Positions 56,660 through 59,104 of a stretch of 59,104 bases of DNA are shown piece by piece. Below the pieces are notes generated by a model. That model worked only from the letters and a program-made list of their open reading frames with translations, was not told the origin of the DNA and searched no databases. The translations under genes and the position numbers were made by a program. Position 1 is the first letter of the stretch, and the number at the start of each line of letters is the position of its first letter. This stretch comes from Spirochaetales bacterium (GTDB taxonomy: Bacteria > Spirochaetota > Spirochaetia > SZUA-6), in assembly GCA_027021365.1 (NCBI GenBank), contig JALUUM010000015.1, positions 1-59,104 of the forward strand. Direction: 5' to 3'.

Positions 56660-57644
56660 ACTTCCTCTTCCTTCTGTACGCTTCTATCTCTATCATTGGC
56701 GGTCTTTCCTCCTCCATTATCTCGTACTCTACACTCTGAAAGATGTTGTCATCCGTCTCGAACTGCCTCAATACATGATTCAGCTTGGGAATGCCCTTTA
56801 TCACTCCAAGTGTTTCAGCCTTGGAAAAGAATGTCTGCATTATGCCAAAGGCCATTTTCCCCAGGTCTCTGGTGCTCTGGTTCCTGTGTACTCTCTGATC
56901 GAGGTCTGTCTGTGCCAGAGCCCCCATGCCAAACATCTGGTAGATGTCTATGAGGTGTGAAGTTTCAACTCCGTACCCTATGGGAAAGGGAATCCTTTCA
57001 AGCACCTCCCTCCTTGCTGCATATTCTCCCGAGAGAGGCTGAATGAGAGCGGTTAACTCGGGGAAGAAGAGTGAAAAAAGTGGCCTAACAAGTATCTCCG
57101 TAACCCTTCCGCCGCCAGAGGGCCTTATTCCGTGTGAGGTTGCAAGGGGCCTCTCATAAAAGGCCTTCACATACCGTATCTCGCTGCTGTTCAGTAGGGG
57201 GCCTACAAGTCCATAGACAAAACGGGGATGAATATTCTTGATATCCGCATCTATGTAGACGATTACGTCTCCTTTCAACTGATATATAGCCTTCCAGAGG
57301 TTTTCACCCTTCCCCCTCCTTTCACCAAGTTCTGGCAGTATCTCCTTGGCGAGGTACACATCGGCACCAAAGGAAGCTGCCACCTCCCTCGTTGAATCGG
57401 TGGAACCGGAATCGATAACAGCTATCTCATCGACGAGACGGTTTTTTATCATCAACTCGGATTTGAATATAACGATCTCCTTTCCTATAGTTTTTTCCTC
57501 GTTCAAGGTAGGAATACATAGGGATATAGTGAGTCCCTGTTTTTCCTTCAACCTCACGAGTTCTGCAACATCCTCGAATTTCGAATGATGAAAGGTGTTT
57601 TCCTTAAGCCATTGATCGATGTTCAATGCCAATCCCCCTGTCAA
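56649..57644 (-). CDS. gpgS: glucosyl-3-phosphoglycerate synthase (GT81/GT2-like)
   Basis: Recalled GpgS signature blocks are present: ISLCIPTLNEE, VIDSGSTDST, RGKGENLW, VIVYIDADI, LVGPLL, VKAFYERPL, GGGRVTEILVRPL and QPLSGEYAARREVL. Confidence 0.75.
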   Translation of the reverse strand: MTGGLALNIDQWLKENTFHHSKFEDVAELVRLKEKQGLTISLCIPTLNEEKTIGKEIVIFKSELMIKNRLVDEIAVIDSGSTDSTREVAASFGADVYLAKEILPELGERRGKGENLWKAIYQLKGDVIVYIDADIKNIHPRFVYGLVGPLLNSSEIRYVKAFYERPLATSHGIRPSGGGRVTEILVRPLFSLFFPELTALIQPLSGEYAARREVLERIPFPIGYGVETSHLIDIYQMFGMGALAQTDLDQRVHRNQSTRDLGKMAFGIMQTFFSKAETLGVIKGIPKLNHVLRQFETDDNIFQSVEYEIMEEERPPMIEIEAYRRKRKYED

Positions 57645-58797
57645 TCGAAAGAATCAAGCCTATTATCTGGGCAAGTCCGGTAAAGATCGGTTCCACCTCT
57701 ATCACCTCTTTCCCGTCATCCCTTCTTTCCCCCGTAGTGATACCAAGCGTGACAGCTGGTATCTTCTGATCGATAAATGCCGCAAGCTCTGATGTGCTCG
57801 GCGATATTCTCGGTTTTATATTCAGTGCCCTCATTATCTCCCTCACACTTCTCGTTAAGGGGTGTGAAAAGTCTATGCCTCCGGGCTGGCGCTGCGAAAA
57901 GATATCTATGGAAACCTCCGCTCCCGACCTGTATGAGACATCTGCACCAATATCCTCTATTCTCTGTAAAACCTCGTGTACCATTTCTCCGGATTCACTT
58001 CTTATTTCAAAACGCAGAACTGCCGATTTGGGAATCTTTGCAAATGTCGTAGTTCCGCCTGTTATTGAACTGAATACGATTGTTGTCCGCGGCCTCTTTG
58101 GAATCGGTATTTCCAGTATCCGGTTTATCACCTCGTTCATCGTTATTATTGCACCAACCGCACCGAATCGAGTCCAGTCATACTCTTCTGGAACTATACA
58201 GGAGATTTCACCTCTGATCATGCCTATGGAGGAGTAACTTATCCTTCCAAGCTGAATCCCCTCGATCGAAACACCGGAGACAATCGGAAGCTCCGTATTG
58301 GAAAGAAAGAAACGGAGTCCCTCCAGGTCACCGCGGCCGAGACTGCGCGAAGCTCCAAGCAGGACGAGATTGGAATCAAGTTCGATGCCGAGATGATTCA
58401 GCATAAGCGGAAGGGTAAGGATTACCGCCAGACCAAGTGAGTTGTCTCCCACACCGGCTCCTATTATGTGATCCGGTTGAACCGTTATAGTATGATCCAC
58501 CTGCTCCGAGTAGATCGTATCGAGATGGGCTACCACAATTATATTATTGTTTCCAACCTTGCCCGGAAGGATACCTACGGCATTCCCCGCTTCGTCCGTC
58601 GAAGAATTCTGTAACTCGAGTTCGCCGAACCTCTCCAGCATGAACTCCACCCTCTTCTCCTCGGAGAATGTAGGAGCCGGAATTTCCCCCACCATGACGA
58701 GGTTGGAAATTATGATGTCCTTGAGATCCTTAAGTTTCTTTCTGTACTCCGGCAGGTTGCCTATAATGCTTACAAGTGTATCTGTTTTCGTTGACAT
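57604..58797 (-). CDS. M20/M25/M40-family metallohydrolase-like protein (catalytic Glu-Glu not evident)
   Basis: HLDTI and GAGVGDNSLG motifs are present, but no EE motif was seen. The protein may be non-canonical. Confidence 0.45.
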   Translation of the reverse strand: MSTKTDTLVSIIGNLPEYRKKLKDLKDIIISNLVMVGEIPAPTFSEEKRVEFMLERFGELELQNSSTDEAGNAVGILPGKVGNNNIIVVAHLDTIYSEQVDHTITVQPDHIIGAGVGDNSLGLAVILTLPLMLNHLGIELDSNLVLLGASRSLGRGDLEGLRFFLSNTELPIVSGVSIEGIQLGRISYSSIGMIRGEISCIVPEEYDWTRFGAVGAIITMNEVINRILEIPIPKRPRTTIVFSSITGGTTTFAKIPKSAVLRFEIRSESGEMVHEVLQRIEDIGADVSYRSGAEVSIDIFSQRQPGGIDFSHPLTRSVREIMRALNIKPRISPSTSELAAFIDQKIPAVTLGITTGERRDDGKEVIEVEPIFTGLAQIIGLILSIDRGIGIEHRSMA

Positions 58798-58829
58798 CTA
58801 TCCTCCTGTTTCCTTTCCCCTCCCTCAAA

Positions 58830-59104
58830 CTATGAAACTTGCTTCACCAGATTCAAAATCTCACTCTTCTTGGATTCGACTGTTTCTCTGCTCCGGCCTT
58901 CCAAACGGATCCTCAAAACAGGTTCCGTATTACTTGGCCTTACATTGAACCAAACATCATTATAGGCAACACTAATGCCATCGAGCTTGGAAACCTCACC
59001 GTCTGAGAAGTGTTGTTCTATGAGCTTCAAAGCATCTTCCTTTCTCTCTATTTCCACGTTGATCTCTCCGGATTGATAGTACCTGCCCATCAACGGTTCG
59101 ATCA
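58830..59104 (-). CDS. phosphoglucomutase/phosphomannomutase family protein, C-terminal part (gene continues beyond window end)
   Basis: The phosphohexomutase domain-IV signature WFNVRPSNTEPVLRIRLEG is present. No start codon lies inside the window. Confidence 0.75.
   Translation of the reverse strand, partial: IEPLMGRYYQSGEINVEIERKEDALKLIEQHFSDGEVSKLDGISVAYNDVWFNVRPSNTEPVLRIRLEGRSRETVESKKSEILNLVKQVS

Noticed and set aside
1-59104. Search for CRISPR arrays, tRNA/rRNA genes, integrases, transposases and inverted terminal repeats
   Set aside because: I saw no direct-repeat/spacer periodicity, no tRNA-like cloverleaf candidates in intergenic regions, and no recombinase motifs. The window appears to be non-mobile chromosomal DNA.

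Overview
This is a 59-kb chromosomal window in which nearly every base is coding and no mobile element is evident. It looks like a thermophilic diderm bacterium of the Thermotogota type, inferred from a HisZ fragment, a GpgS compatible-solute gene, many ABC transporters, toga-like outer-membrane proteins and AGG/AGA/AAG codon usage. I found no integrase, transposase, tRNA, rRNA or CRISPR array. Housekeeping genes include hisZ (partial), prfA-prmC-relA, ogt, a nitroreductase, an SDR oxidoreductase, and the gpgS / M20-like / phosphohexomutase cluster.

Four accessory-type loci stand out:
1. An autoregulated PadR regulator sits divergent to an operon encoding a radical-SAM/SPASM enzyme, an MFS-HEAT fusion transporter, a five-gene Opp-type peptide ABC importer and a small membrane protein. 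A 26-bp perfect palindrome overlaps the operon's -35 element.
2. A five-gene partner-switching cassette runs Cache-HAMP, then 7TM-GAF-PP2C, STAS, an RsbW-like kinase, and a 389-aa non-sigma protein in the sigma-factor position. It is flanked by a 1010-aa STAND-NTPase/TPR protein with a cyclase-like N-terminus and by a 518-aa helical orphan.
3. A sigma-54-driven operon encodes a Gly-rich outer-membrane beta-barrel, a secreted protein, a histidine kinase and an NtrC-type regulator. It has a near-consensus -24/-12 promoter and an internal attenuator hairpin.
4. A GntR(YtrA)-SPFH-MacB/Lol-like ABC operon continues into a LolA-like protein and an OM beta-barrel, with an 18-bp palindromic operator upstream.

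Five genes share an apparently leaderless promoter layout (TTGAnn, 17-18 bp, TAnnnT, 6-8 nt, start codon). Several genes start with TTG or GTG.
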